Assembly (NCBI RefSeq): GCF_000143415.4
Contig: NW_003314261.1
Coordinates: 6,728,817-6,792,816, forward strand
Direction: 5' to 3'
DNA length: 64,000 bases
Source of the DNA: Selaginella moellendorffii
Taxonomy: Eukaryota > Plantae > Lycopodiophyta
Shown here: positions 9,940-20,918 of the stretch, piece by piece
How positions within the stretch are numbered: position 1 is the first letter of the stretch
Layout of the letters: every line of letters begins with the position of its first letter
The notes under the pieces: generated by a model
What the model was told of the DNA's origin: nothing
The model's input: the letters and a program-made list of their open reading frames with translations, nothing else
Databases searched by the model: none
Program-made: the position numbers and the translations under genes

Positions 9940-11769
9940 ATGCACTTAGCTAGATCAAGATCATCACAGTCACGAGCACAGGTTGCTCTACTTCTTCTGA
10001 TAGTCTCGACTCTTATAAGCTCAGTAGCTAGTTCTAGTCTAGCTCAAAGTAGCAACTTCGACTCAGAGAAGATCAGCCCACGACCGATCGGGGGAGGATT
10101 CGTGACACGAAGCGGCACACGATTCACTCTCGACGGCCGGTTGTTCTACGTCAATGGCTTCAACGCCTACTGGATGACCCGAGTGGCCTGCGAGTCGAGA
10201 GATCAAGTCAGCGGCTTCCTCCGGCAAGCCTCGAGTCTGGGCCTCACCGTGGCACGAACTTGGGCTTTCAACGACGGTGGCTACAACGCCATCCAGCTCC
10301 GCCCCGGAGTTTACAGCGAGCAATCGCTTCAGGTGAAACAACAAAACTCTTTGTCTTTGCTCATTGTCATGTCTTAGTTCTTTGTTTACAGATGTTTAAA
10401 CTCACACTTTGTTTTTGTGATCTTGTCTGGAAATCTAAATCTTTGAAGGCGCTCGACTTTGTCATTGCTGAAGCGAGGAGTCAGGGCGTGAGGCTGCTGC
10501 TAAGCTTGAGCGACAACTACGATTCGCTGGGAGGGAAGAGCCAGTATGTGAAATGGGCTCGCCAAGCAGGCATTGCTTGCAGCTCCGACGATGCGTTCTT
10601 CAGCGAGCCCACCATCAGATCTTACTTTCGGAACTACATCCAGGTCAGTAGCTCGATCGAAAAGTTATGTTTTCTTTCTTTGCGAGGAGAGAGATCTTTG
10701 TAAATTTCTCCCACCAAGGAAATAGCTTTCAAGCTCTAGTTCTGTCTTGGTGGGAGAAGTTTGGGAAGAACTCCAGAGTGATAGAGATTAGGAACCGCCA
10801 CATAGTCAATCTTACTTTGAGATTGATTATACAGTGAAGTTTGTCTTTAAACTTAAAGACTCCTGTTTTCACTTGAGGGTCACGGGGATTTCATAGAAAA
10901 ATAAGCTTTCTTTCATTGGAAGGAAAATGGACATAACAAGAACTTTGACAAGATTGCTCAAAATCTTCTATTTTTTTGCAGACAGTGGTGACGAGAGTGA
11001 ACACCATCACCAAGATCGCCTACCGCGACGACCCAACAATCTTTGCATGGGAGCTCATGAACGAGCCCAGAATCCCCAGCGATCCATCCGGCAACACCCT
11101 CGAGGCAAGCATCTATAACTCTCTCGATCACAAAAAAACACATTTTTTTCCAGGCCTGGATCAAAGAGATGTCATCCTTTATCAAATCTCTCGACGCTAA
11201 TCACCTCGTCGACGTTGGAATGGAAGGCTTTTACAAAGATCCCGCAAGAACAAGGCCGGGAAGCTGGAGTAGCAATCTGGGCAGTGATTTCCTGCGGCAC
11301 AACCAAATCCCCAGCATCGATTTTGCCACTGTCCACAGCTATCCCGATCTCTGGTATGACAAAAATCCCACCTTGATCAAGTGAGAGTGACGATCTTTCT
11401 TCTCCCAGGCTTCCGGGAGCGAGCATCGATGCCCAGCTCCAGTTCCTCTCCTCCTGGGTCCAAGAACACATCGACGATGCCACCGCGGTGCTCCAAAAGC
11501 CCGTGCTCTTCGCGGAGTTTGGCAAATCCGACCGGCTCCCCGGCTATGTCGTGGGGCAGCGCGATCGATTCCTCAGCACACTCTACTCCACTGTCTACGC
11601 ATCGGCCAGGACCGGCGGCGCCGCGGCGGGATCTCTCGTGTGGCAGCTCTTCGCGGATGGGATGAGCCCCGCCTGGGACGATGGCTTCCAAATCTTCGTC
11701 TCACAGAGCCCCTCCACTGCCCAGATCATCGCAGCCCAGTCGAGGAGATTGTCCTCGCTCAATCGATGA
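9940..11769 (+). CDS. MAN: Mannan endo-1,4-beta-mannosidase (GH5_7)
   Basis: Exons 9940-10332, 10449-10643, 10982-11104, 11154-11353, 11409-11769. Motifs [27 protein letters not shown] (acid/base Glu) and KPVLFAEFG (nucleophile). Confidence 0.95.
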
Positions 11770-11893
11770 GGAGATTCTAGAGATTAGATCGTCCAGCTGC
11801 CGTATTTATTCTAGAGGATCCCTTTCTTAGCGAACTAGAGAGAATTTGGAAGAACACTACCTGCATTTTCGCGAGGAAAGAAAGAGCGATCGA

Positions 11894-12160
11894 TTAGATC
11901 CCATCGCGCTGGCGGCTGTTCGCGGCGGCGGCAGCAGCGGCGGACTTCTCAGCGGCCTTGTCCCAGGATCGATTGATCGTGTAGAGATACCCCAAGACGC
12001 CCATCCAGCCGATTGCGAGCGCGTAGATTGCCTTCCTGGTGAGAATTACGCGAGGATCCACCATCGCCTCCGCGGCAGCCTCGCTCCGGAGCTGCTGGCG
12101 CCGGCTCCTCACTTCCTGGAATTTCCTCAGCCCAGTCTCGATCCATTGCTTGGTATCCAT
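11894..12160 (-). CDS. Putative 88-aa single-pass membrane protein
   Basis: ATG-initiated intronless ORF with one hydrophobic segment (AIYALAIGWMGVLGYLYTI). Telo-box-like AAACCCTAG lies just upstream (12188-12196, minus strand). Confidence 0.5.
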   Translation of the reverse strand: MDTKQWIETGLRKFQEVRSRRQQLRSEAAAEAMVDPRVILTRKAIYALAIGWMGVLGYLYTINRSWDKAAEKSAAAAAAANSRQRDGI

Positions 12161-12217
12161 AGCCGCGAAGAACCCTAAAATCCAAGCTAGGGTTTAGTAT
12201 CCGCGAAGAAATCTTTC

Positions 12218-12790
12218 CTATTGTCTGCTGGAAGCGCTCGCGGGCTCGCCGGAGAACATGTGCTTGACGCGAGACAAGATGGAGTCTTGCGATGGATCGT
12301 AGGGGTGATCCTTGGACGGGATCTCCAGAATCGCGGGTATGGGATTGCTGTAGGCGTCGATCGTGAGGCGAATCATGTTTGCGATCTGCCAAGAACAAGC
12401 AAGAGATATCTCGTTGGAGGATTGGATTTGCGAAGAAACTCACGTATTGCGAGATCAAGATGACGGCAATGTCCTCCCTGGTGGTGAAATCCCGGAATGT
12501 CTCCTCAATCGTCTTGACAGTCGTCTCTGCGGAGGAAGAGATCACAGATTCTTAGCAAACAAAGGGGAGCTGGGCATTACTGGAATCCACGAGGAGATAG
12601 TTCGTCTTGCGGCGCAGATCCACATTCCCTACTCCTGCCAGCAAGAATCCCGTCACGGTGTCCTGGAAAACCCCAAAATCATTCAGCCCGGATTCTCGCC
12701 AGTGCCGGCGACGATCTCACACACCTCGTCCGCAATCACAGCAATGAGATTCGCCCCGCGCGAGGATATCTGCGCTGCCACCGTCGCCAT
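12218..12790 (-). CDS. VHA-F: V-type H+-ATPase subunit F
   Basis: Spliced: LIAVIADE|DTVTGFLLAGVGNVD...|TIEETFRDFTTREDIAVILISQY|IANMIR...ILEIPSKDHPYDPSQDSILSRVKHMF. TAG at 12218-12220. Confidence 0.95.
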
Positions 12791-12897
12791 GGAACAAACG
12801 AAGAACCCTAAGTTGGAGACTAGATTTTGTTCGCTTATGCCGGGTTTCGAACCCCCGACGAGCTTCAAATTTAAAATCTTTGTTTTCGCGCGTCTCC

Positions 12898-15145
12898 TTA
12901 GAACTCCTCGTCTCCCAGCGTTGGGCGCGTAACTGGGACCGCCCATCGCCCGAGATGGGCCGTGTAGTTCCAGCAGCGAACCACGCCCTTGCCGGAGTAT
13001 CCATCGGGAAAATCGATCACGCACACTCCAGCGGTGTCCAATCGAAAGGATCCGAGGAAGGCCTGCGAGAGATCGAGGCAGTGGGCGAGCAAAGCCGTGA
13101 GAACCGTCTCGTGAGCCACCACCACAGCCGTGCTGTTTTCTGTGCCTTCCAGATCCTTGAGGCTGAGCGTGAGTTTCTTCCAGGCGTTTCCAGCTCGCTC
13201 CCACAGGTGTGCCAAGCTTTCGGCTCCCTCGACGGTCTCGTGCTGGAGAAAGTCCTGCCATCGTTCACGATGGGCGACTTCTTCTTTTAGTTTCCCCTGG
13301 AATGTCCCATGAGAAAATACACAGTTTAAGACAAAGAGTGAGTCGAGAATGGGAAAAACTTGCCTGCCAAGTTCCCCAATTCATGTCGTCTAATTCAGGT
13401 AGTGTTTGAACCTCTACGTATCTGGGAACGCAGTCAGCTCCCAGACAATCAGCAGCCTCTTGAACCTGCGAGAAAAAGAAAAAAAGAAAGCGTTTAGCTT
13501 GACAAAAGAATTTCAGAGCATATGAAAGAAACCTCGGCGATTGAAGCTGCCGTGCTCACAGAGCAAGGTTGCGGACCGGAAAAAATGTTTCCTGCTCTAA
13601 CATCAAGCAGTAATTCTGCTGTCTTACGTGACTGTCAAACAGTGCATCCTATCAATACATGAGCTTGTGTAAAAAAACTACCAAACCTGAATAACTCCCA
13701 GCATGTTCATGGTTTCCTTGTCCGAGGATGGAAATCGCTTCTGCAAGCACAAAAATATTCGATCAAGTCTAGTACTGGAAGACATACGCAATGCAATTTT
13801 CGCATCTATTAGCATCACTTTTCAAACACAAACGCTTACCGCAGACTCTCAACTTTTTAATCCCATGTCACATATCCTCGCAGCTTAATTTTTTCTGTCA
13901 AGTTTTGCAGAGACGAACACAATCACGAACAACAAATAAAACGCACGCATGATTCTCAAGTCTGTTACCTGAACAGTACTTTCAGTAGCTCCGTGGCAAA
14001 CAAGAACAAGGCAGCACCGTGCTTTTCTTCCTCCACCCGCAGCAACTGGTGGACTTGGAGTCTATTACATAACTGGAATCAGCAAAAGAAAATAGAAGCG
14101 ACTATAGAATATACCTGATTAAGTCTGTCGAGACAAGTGTATGGAGGCCCATCACCACTAAAACGTGGTGTAAAATCAAGCACGGTCACTCCACAGTTGC
14201 TCTGCAAAAGTTGCCTAAAGTAATGTGGTCCCAATCCTGTCAATCACCACATAAAAGGTGAGAGAAAGAAGAAAAGAAAAAAGGAGCTCCTGGTATACCA
14301 GCGGCAGTGGCAACAAGTGCCTGGTTCACAGCATTGTGAGCCACCACAAGAATTGAAGAGCCTTGGGAGCTTAAAATCCTGCTCCAACAATTCTGTGCCC
14401 GGACCCAAAGTTCTCGGACTGGAAAGTGACCATCAATGACAAAGTTGGGAGCATCGATTTGCCATTTCCTATATGCATCACCATAACGCTGTTTTCCTTC
14501 ATTCTTCATTAGACCCTGCAAAGGAGAAAGAATGATGGGAACATCGACCAAACAGAATATTTTTTCACGCACCTGAAAAGCATAGAGATCAATCTCACGA
14601 AGGTCATCCACTGACAACATTGGACGTGGTCTCGCAGCCCATATTATCTCCGCCGTTCGTTTGGCCCTTGCGAGTGGACTGCAAAGATGAAAACAAATGA
14701 AATTGTGATCGCTTGATCATGGAGAAACGAAACGAAACGAAATTCCTACAATGTAAGAAAAGAATGAGAAGAACCTGTGAAAGCAGGCATCAAAGGAGTC
14801 CCCAATCAACATCTGCCTGGAAGTCTCGGCTTGAATCTCACCTTTGGGCGTGAGAACAGCGAAATCGGAGCTGCCTTGGATGCGTCCTACCTCATTCCAC
14901 GTACTCTGGCCATGGCGGACAAGAACAACACGCTTGGGAGCTTGAATCGATGGCAGCGCCTCGTATTCTGCCAGATTGAGCCCGAAATCCCCCACTGGGG
15001 ACGTCGAAGTCTTGATCCCACCCCCGCCTCCACTGCTGTTAGCCGCAACAGGGACTACTCCATGGCCACGCCGGCGATGATGCTCGCGATCCCTCGAGAA
15101 GGAGCTGGAAATCCCTGGAAATGCTGCGCCAAGCGATGCCGCCAT
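12898..15145 (-). CDS. Plastid tandem histidine-phosphatase/PGM-family protein, 2-carboxy-D-arabinitol-1-phosphatase-like
   Basis: Transit-peptide-like N-terminus, then RVVLVRHGQSTWNEVGRIQGSSDF, DLREIDLY, LVVAHNAVNQAL. A second PGM domain has LLVCHG...VVVAHE...WNYTAHLG. Multi-exon. Confidence 0.88.
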
Positions 15146-15183
15146 CGCTGGCTTAGAACTTCCTTAAATTTTCTTTACTTGAA

Positions 15184-15287
15184 GAGATTCGAACCTTCGA
15201 ATTTTAATGTGTAATTCAGGAGATTCGAACCTCAAAACTTTGTGTCGAGATTCGAACCCTAGAACTATACTTGAAGAGATTCGAACC
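15184..15287. promoter_or_regulatory. Four exact copies of GAGATTCGAACC (B-box-like on the minus strand) in the 170-bp divergent promoter
   Basis: Copies start at 15184, 15220, 15247 and 15276. The reverse complement GGTTCGAATCTC matches the Pol III B-box consensus. Confidence 0.6.
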
Positions 15288-15315
15288 CCACGATTTTGGT
15301 GGAGGAGAAAGAGGG

Positions 15316-16527
15316 ATGATGAAGCGCGAGGAGAAGCCGCATTGGCGAAGCCACAAGCAGCCATTGCAGCGCTCGCCCCGAGCTCGTCAGGTATTTCCTC
15401 GCCCTAATCTCGTCAATCGAGCGCATTCCTTCGCCGTATCGATCGAATCGATTCGATTCTTTTCTTTTCCGGCAGGAAATCGGCGCCAGCGCTAGCGCCA
15501 GCGGCAGGGAGACCTGGCTGACGATTGCGCTCAAAATCTCCTACTTCTTGCCGGGGCTCATACTGGGATTCACGCTGGGATTGTGGACAGAGCTTCCAAA
15601 GAATGCCGGCAAGGCTCTTTTTACCCCTGCTGCTCCTCGGTCTGGTAGCAAGGCTAGAAGAGGCAATGCTGCTGCGTCTGGATCGTCCAGCTCTAGCGGT
15701 AGCAGCGTTATCAACTCGGATCAAACTGGCGAGCTCAAAATGGTACTGTTGTCTCTCCTCGACCTTTGAATATCTGAGCTCTTTCTTTTGTTTGCGCAGG
15801 TGCTTGTTGTGCGAATGGATTTGAAGATGGGAGGAGGAAAGATTGCCTCTCAGTGTGCTCGTGAGTTTTGCTCTCGAAAAGTTTGCTTAGTATTCTTGCT
15901 CCTCTCCTTTGCTTTTCCTGACGATTTTGTGAATTCTTTCGTCCAGATGCAGCAGTGGGCATATACAGCGATCTCATGCAAAGGTACGTTCTCGGTTTAT
16001 CGCAAAACTTCCTCACACGTGTGTTGCGTTCTTACGCATTTGTATTTTTTTCATCCAGCAATCGATCGCTGCTGAGCAAGTGGGAATCTTGCGGCCAACC
16101 CAAGATTGTTGTCAGCTGCAAGCACGAACCAGAAATGTGAGACTTAAAACCATTCTCAGAAAGATCATCGCTCGCTCATCATAAATCTTAACAGGAATGA
16201 TCTGAAAGCAAAAGCCGAGAGAGCCGGACTGCCAACTTTTACAATCGCCGATGCAGGTCGCACTCAGGTATGGTGACCTCTTTTAAAATCTATAGTTCGT
16301 CTTCCACTTTTTTTTCTTTCGTTCTTCTTTTGTTCTCAGGCTTGCTACTGAAAGAAACAAAAATACTTGTGTTTGATTCAAACAGGTAGCAGCAGGCTCG
16401 AAGACGGTGCTGGTGATTGGACCAGGTTTCACACATTTCTCTCGTTCGATTTTGCGTAACTTGCATTTCATCCGCAGGACCCAAACCTCTCGTTGATTCG
16501 GTGACAAGACAATTGAAGCTTTTGTAA
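15316..16527 (+). CDS. PTH2: Peptidyl-tRNA hydrolase 2
   Basis: N-terminal TM anchor, then ELKM|VLVVRMDLKMGGGKIASQCA|HAA...WESCGQPKIVV...IADAGRTQ|VAAGSKTVLVIGP...VTRQLKLL*. Confidence 0.92.
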
Positions 16528-16769
16528 AACTGGTAAGCCAAAACTTTTGTTCTCTCGTCTACTTGGAACTATCGCTGAATTCATGCTTTCTCCAGGACAA
16601 TTGGATCTATAAACTTTTTGTTTAATTGTTTTCATATACTTAGGTTGGAATGCCGAGAAGGAAGAAAAGCGAGGGATGGATACGCAAGCGCCGTGCTCCA
16701 GTAGCGCCGCGATGGCGCCGGAGGTCGCAAGCAGGCGATTCCAGCTCCAGCAGGAAGAAAGAATTGGAT

Positions 16770-18137
16770 ATGGAGAGCGTGACTGTGACCCCGGATCAAG
16801 TTCGCGGGTGGTGTGCCACGGACGAGACCGCTGTGGACGCGTTCCAGGGCTGGGCGAGCAAGAGGAGCGAGAGCAGGAGAGAATGTGGGATTGGAAGAGC
16901 AGGAGATTTGAGGCGGCCTCCGGTTGTTTCGATTGCTCCTCCTCTGGATCGAGCTGCGCTTAGGCCGGGGCATGTCTTGGAGATTGCTGGGCCTAGTGGG
17001 TCTGGAAAGACTGAATTGCTTATCCAGGTTCGCGCTTTCGTTCGTTCATTCGCTCGTTATTTTTCTAGACTTTGTGAGTTCGATCGTCTTTTCTATTTCC
17101 AGGCTGCTGTTTCGTGTGTTCTTCCAGCAAGTTTTAACGGAGTTTCTTACGGAGGATCGGAAGCTGTGGTTCTCATGTTTGATCTGGATGGGAGATTCGA
17201 CATAGCGCGTCTGACCAGCGTGCTCAAAGCTCGTATTAATGGTAAACTTTTCTATCAGTTTCTTAGAGAGCAAAGTTCTGACGTTTAGAACACTTTAGAG
17301 GCACATAAGGATGATACAGCTTCGAATTCGATTTGCTTGGAAGAGCAAGGAGAGGAGGTTTTGAGGGCCAGCCTGAGACGCTTTTATTGCTTGAGGTGTT
17401 TCAAGAGCTTTGAATTCCTGGCATCTCTCAAGGTAAGGAACCGGCAGTTTTCATTTAAGTCCTCGGTCGATCTTGTCTCTTTTCTTGCTTCCCAGAGCCT
17501 TCACATCCAGTCAAGCAGGATATCTCAAGAGCACCACGGCAAAGCAGTACAGCTAGTTCTTATCGACGGGTTCTCTTCCAATTTACTCAGTCAATGTCGA
17601 GAAATGGTGTGTAACTTTGGTGGTCTTTTGCAGTATTGGCTCGTTTTATTGGCTGGATTGGATGTCTAGCTGTGCTGCTGCTTACACCAGTCGAAGGTAA
17701 GAATAAGGGACCTCTTCCTTTTGAAAGCAAAGGATATCATCTCGTTTGCAGAACGCTCGGTGTCCAGCGTTTTTCCGAGCTGATTGTCCAAGAGCTACGT
17801 AACCTTCGCAACACCAAGCTTTTCTTGGTTCTGGCAACGAAGGCTCTCCTTTATGCACCTCCCAAGAGGAAAGCCATCGCTTCTCGCATCCAGTACCGCG
17901 AGTACATGCCGGCAGCTTGGCAGGTATCTTGTGTTCTTTTCACTTGTGGACTAACCTCTGAGAAAATAAAGAACGCAGAGATTTGTGACGCACAGACTTT
18001 TCCTTCAGCCGCCGCCCCAGGCGGCGTCAGGAGCTCGCGTCTTCACTGCTCAGTGGGACAAGCCTTCACTGGTGGAGAAAGACGAGTTTTTCATACACAA
18101 TGTAAGCGAGCTAGCTCTCTTTGTCATGGCTAACTAG
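16770..18137 (+). CDS. XRCC2: RAD51 paralog XRCC2
   Basis: WCATDETA N-terminus; Walker A GPSGSGKT; CVLPASFNGVSYGG...MFDLDGRFDI; LVLID; YREYMPAAWQ|RFVTHR. The 3' end is approximate. Confidence 0.85.
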
Positions 18138-18668
18138 CTGCTTTCCCAGCATGGTGTCCAAGTTGTCACCAAAATCGTAGACGAGCACCTCTAAGGCACC
18201 TCTAAGAACGCAAGAATGTTTTGGATTTGGGAGTCTCGTGCATAGTCTCTTGTGTTTCAGGCTCACTTCGATCTCGTGATCGCCCCTGTAAAATGCTGCG
18301 AGCATCCAACATGCTCCCACACTTTGTCTCGTGGCTCGCCTTGAGCTTGTTCTGTCCATGACGAATTTCGGAAGCGGAGCATGGTCCTCAGGTACACTTC
18401 CATCTATTTTTCCTCTTCATGACGAATGCTATCCAGGTTGATATTTCTCAATTCTGGCGTTGGGAATCGAAAGAACTGGCTGGCGGATGATGAAAGCATA
18501 ATCGCCAGCACCTTGAGTTGGGAAAACTCGGCAACTTTGAGCTCACCAAGTTCCAGAGCTAAGCTTTCTTCGAAACAACAAAGATGAAAGGCCCAAAGCC
18601 TTAGTAACAACGTCAATTCAACTTAAGCCATTCTCTTACAAAATGTGAGCTTCCTTCTCGAAGCTGTC

Positions 18669-19011
18669 CTAGAGATCTTGCACAGTCAAGCCTGCAAAAG
18701 AGAAACAAAGAACAGATTAGCGAAGAAGAAGGGGCGAAACGATGAAAAATCCCACCAGGCGGAAGCGATTGCTTGAGCTTGTCGGCCTTGTCCGAGTCGA
18801 AGACGCACAGGGTGTAGAGGTACTTCTTGCAGCGGACCTTAAACTTGACGACATTCTTGCTCCTCTTGATCTTGACGGAGCGCGCGTCCTTCCGCCTCAC
18901 CGTCAGCAAGAAATCCTTGATCTCGCTGATCTGCTTCGGCTGATAGCACGCGCCGAGAGACGAATCAATCCACTAGGCCCAGCTGCAATCTGAGAAGGAA
19001 GAGCTTACCAT
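18669..19011 (-). CDS. RPL38: 60S ribosomal protein L38 (eL38)
   Basis: ATG-only first coding exon (19009-19011), then [25 protein letters not shown]...[13 protein letters not shown]...KLKQSLPP|GLTVQDL*. Telo-box AAACCCTAG at ~19055. Confidence 0.97.
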
Positions 19012-19226
19012 CGCGGAATCCCTGGCGCAATTGATCGATCTCCAGCCGCCGCCAAAACCCTAGAGCGCCCTAGGGTAATTCTCGGGTTCGATTCTCCTGT
19101 CAAAAACTACTAGCATATTCTTGGTTTATCCCCGATGTTTAAGACAGGCTAAGGCTCAAAATCCTTTAGGGAAAGATAGGCGCAAAACTATAACTAGAAG
19201 AAAGTGGGGAATTTTGGAGGGGAGGG

Positions 19227-20160
19227 ATGGAGATCGTCAAGCTCGCTTGGCGCAAGTACCTTACTTCCTTGCAGAAGAATCCTTTGCCCACCAAGGTAGG
19301 CCGGAGATCGATTCTTTTTGCTCGATTTCATGGAATTCCTCCCTCCATTTGATCGATTTCCAGGCGCTCACGGCCGGGACGCTGGCTGGATGCAGTGATC
19401 TCGTCGCGCAGAAGCTCATGGGGGTCAAGAAGCTCCAGCTGAGGCGCGCCCTTCTCATTGCGGTAAGAAATTCTTCGTGTTCTTCGTCCTAGATCTTAAT
19501 TTACTTTGTTTTTTCTTTGTCAAGCTCTATGGCTTGTTGTATGGGGGTCCATTTGGACACTTTTTCCACAAGCTCATGGACTACGTCTTCGCTGGTAAAC
19601 GCGACCAAAAGACGGTCACTAAGAAGGTTTGCTTGAGAGAAAGAAAAGGGGAATTTCTCTCTTACCTTGCATTTGGATTTCCAGGTTATTGTCGAGCAGC
19701 TCACATCGGGGCCTTGGAACAATTTTGTTTTCATGGTGTACCTCACTTCCGTGATCGAAGGTAAGGCTCTTTGCGTGTTTGATCGTCGAGAGTTTGATCA
19801 TTAAGCTCCGTGCGTGTTATTATTTCTACGCAGGAAAGTCATGGTCGTTTGTCAAGAGAAAACTTCGCAATGACTATCCTTCTGTGCAACTAAATGCTTG
19901 GAGGGTACTAAACTTTACTGGATTCAGTGGGAAGATTAGTGACTGCTTGGTTTGATTTACATGCGCAGGTGTGGCCGCTTGTTGGCTGGATCAATTACAC
20001 GTACATGCCGATCCAATTCCGAGTCCTTTTCCACAACTTGGCTGCTGTCTGCTGGTAACAATGAGTTTCTGCTTGATAGCCATTGATTACGAGATCTGCA
20101 ATTTATAGGGGCGTATTTTTGATCACGAGATCCCGCACAACAGCCTTGAAGAGTGCCTGA
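19227..20160 (+). CDS. PMP22: Peroxisomal membrane protein PMP22 (Mpv17/PMP22 family)
   Basis: Seven exons: WRKYLTSLQKNPLPTK|ALTAGTLAGCSDLVAQK...YGGPFGHFFHK...VIVEQLTSGPWNN...WPLVGWINYTYMPIQFRVLFH. Confidence 0.93.
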
Positions 20161-20249
20161 GAAAGGATCTACATTTCGGGTTTATGGTTTAAGTTAAACC
20201 CTAAACTTGACAAGTTGAACTGCTGTTTTTTGTTCATTATCCTCAACTC

Positions 20250-20918
20250 ATAATATTGTGCTTTCTCAGGATAAACAAAAAATTTCTCGGTGGTCTTGAG
20301 AACCCAGGTGTGGATGGATACTTTCTAGAGTCTATGGAATATTTATGATGGACAAGGGGACAATCTACTAAGTTTCTGACACTTATAGATTGAGACATCA
20401 TGTTCTCATGCTTTAAGAAACCCTTGATCTCAACAATCTTTGCAAAGCTTCTAGCCAAAAGTGTCTTGTATGCTGGACAGAAGACAAAAGATGTAGAGCG
20501 AGAGGGCAGGCTGGGTTCCAACTGCATTATAGTTGCATCGACCACTTAATGATGCTGTGGGTAGCCTTGGACAAACTTCTGTGGACTTACCTCAGTTTAT
20601 GTATGCTATGTTGACATAGTAAAAGCCTTTGACAAGCACATAGCTTCAAGAGCTAAATGTCCCCAAGCTCATTCAGAGGCTTTACAAAAACGTGAAAGTG
20701 GACATCCTACAGCATACTAAGATTGACTATGACATAAGTTACCCCCTGTCACCCACTCTTTATGCTTATTCATCAATGGGTTAGAAATGCTTATGGCAAG
20801 GCACACTCCCTCCGTTGGGATGATTCTGTAGCTGCTCATATATGTGGATATTGGCCCCCTCGCAATTGGAACTTCAATGCTAACTAAGACAAAGATGATG
20901 GTTTCTGGCCTGGATATA
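20250..20918 (+). mobile_element. Degenerate non-LTR retrotransposon (LINE) RT remnant, left part
   Basis: VYVCYVDIVKAFDK (20595-20636), YPLSPTL (~20740) and KTKMMV (~20885). Continues after the LTR insertion at 28185. Confidence 0.65.

Noticed and set aside
12835-12860. tRNA genes at GGTTCGA motifs (also 15184-15287, 19085, 62726)
   Set aside because: No A-box, anticodon arm or acceptor stem could be built. Kept only as B-box-like motifs.
19009-19011. ATG-only first exon of RPL38 as a novelty
   Set aside because: A common arrangement in ribosomal protein genes.
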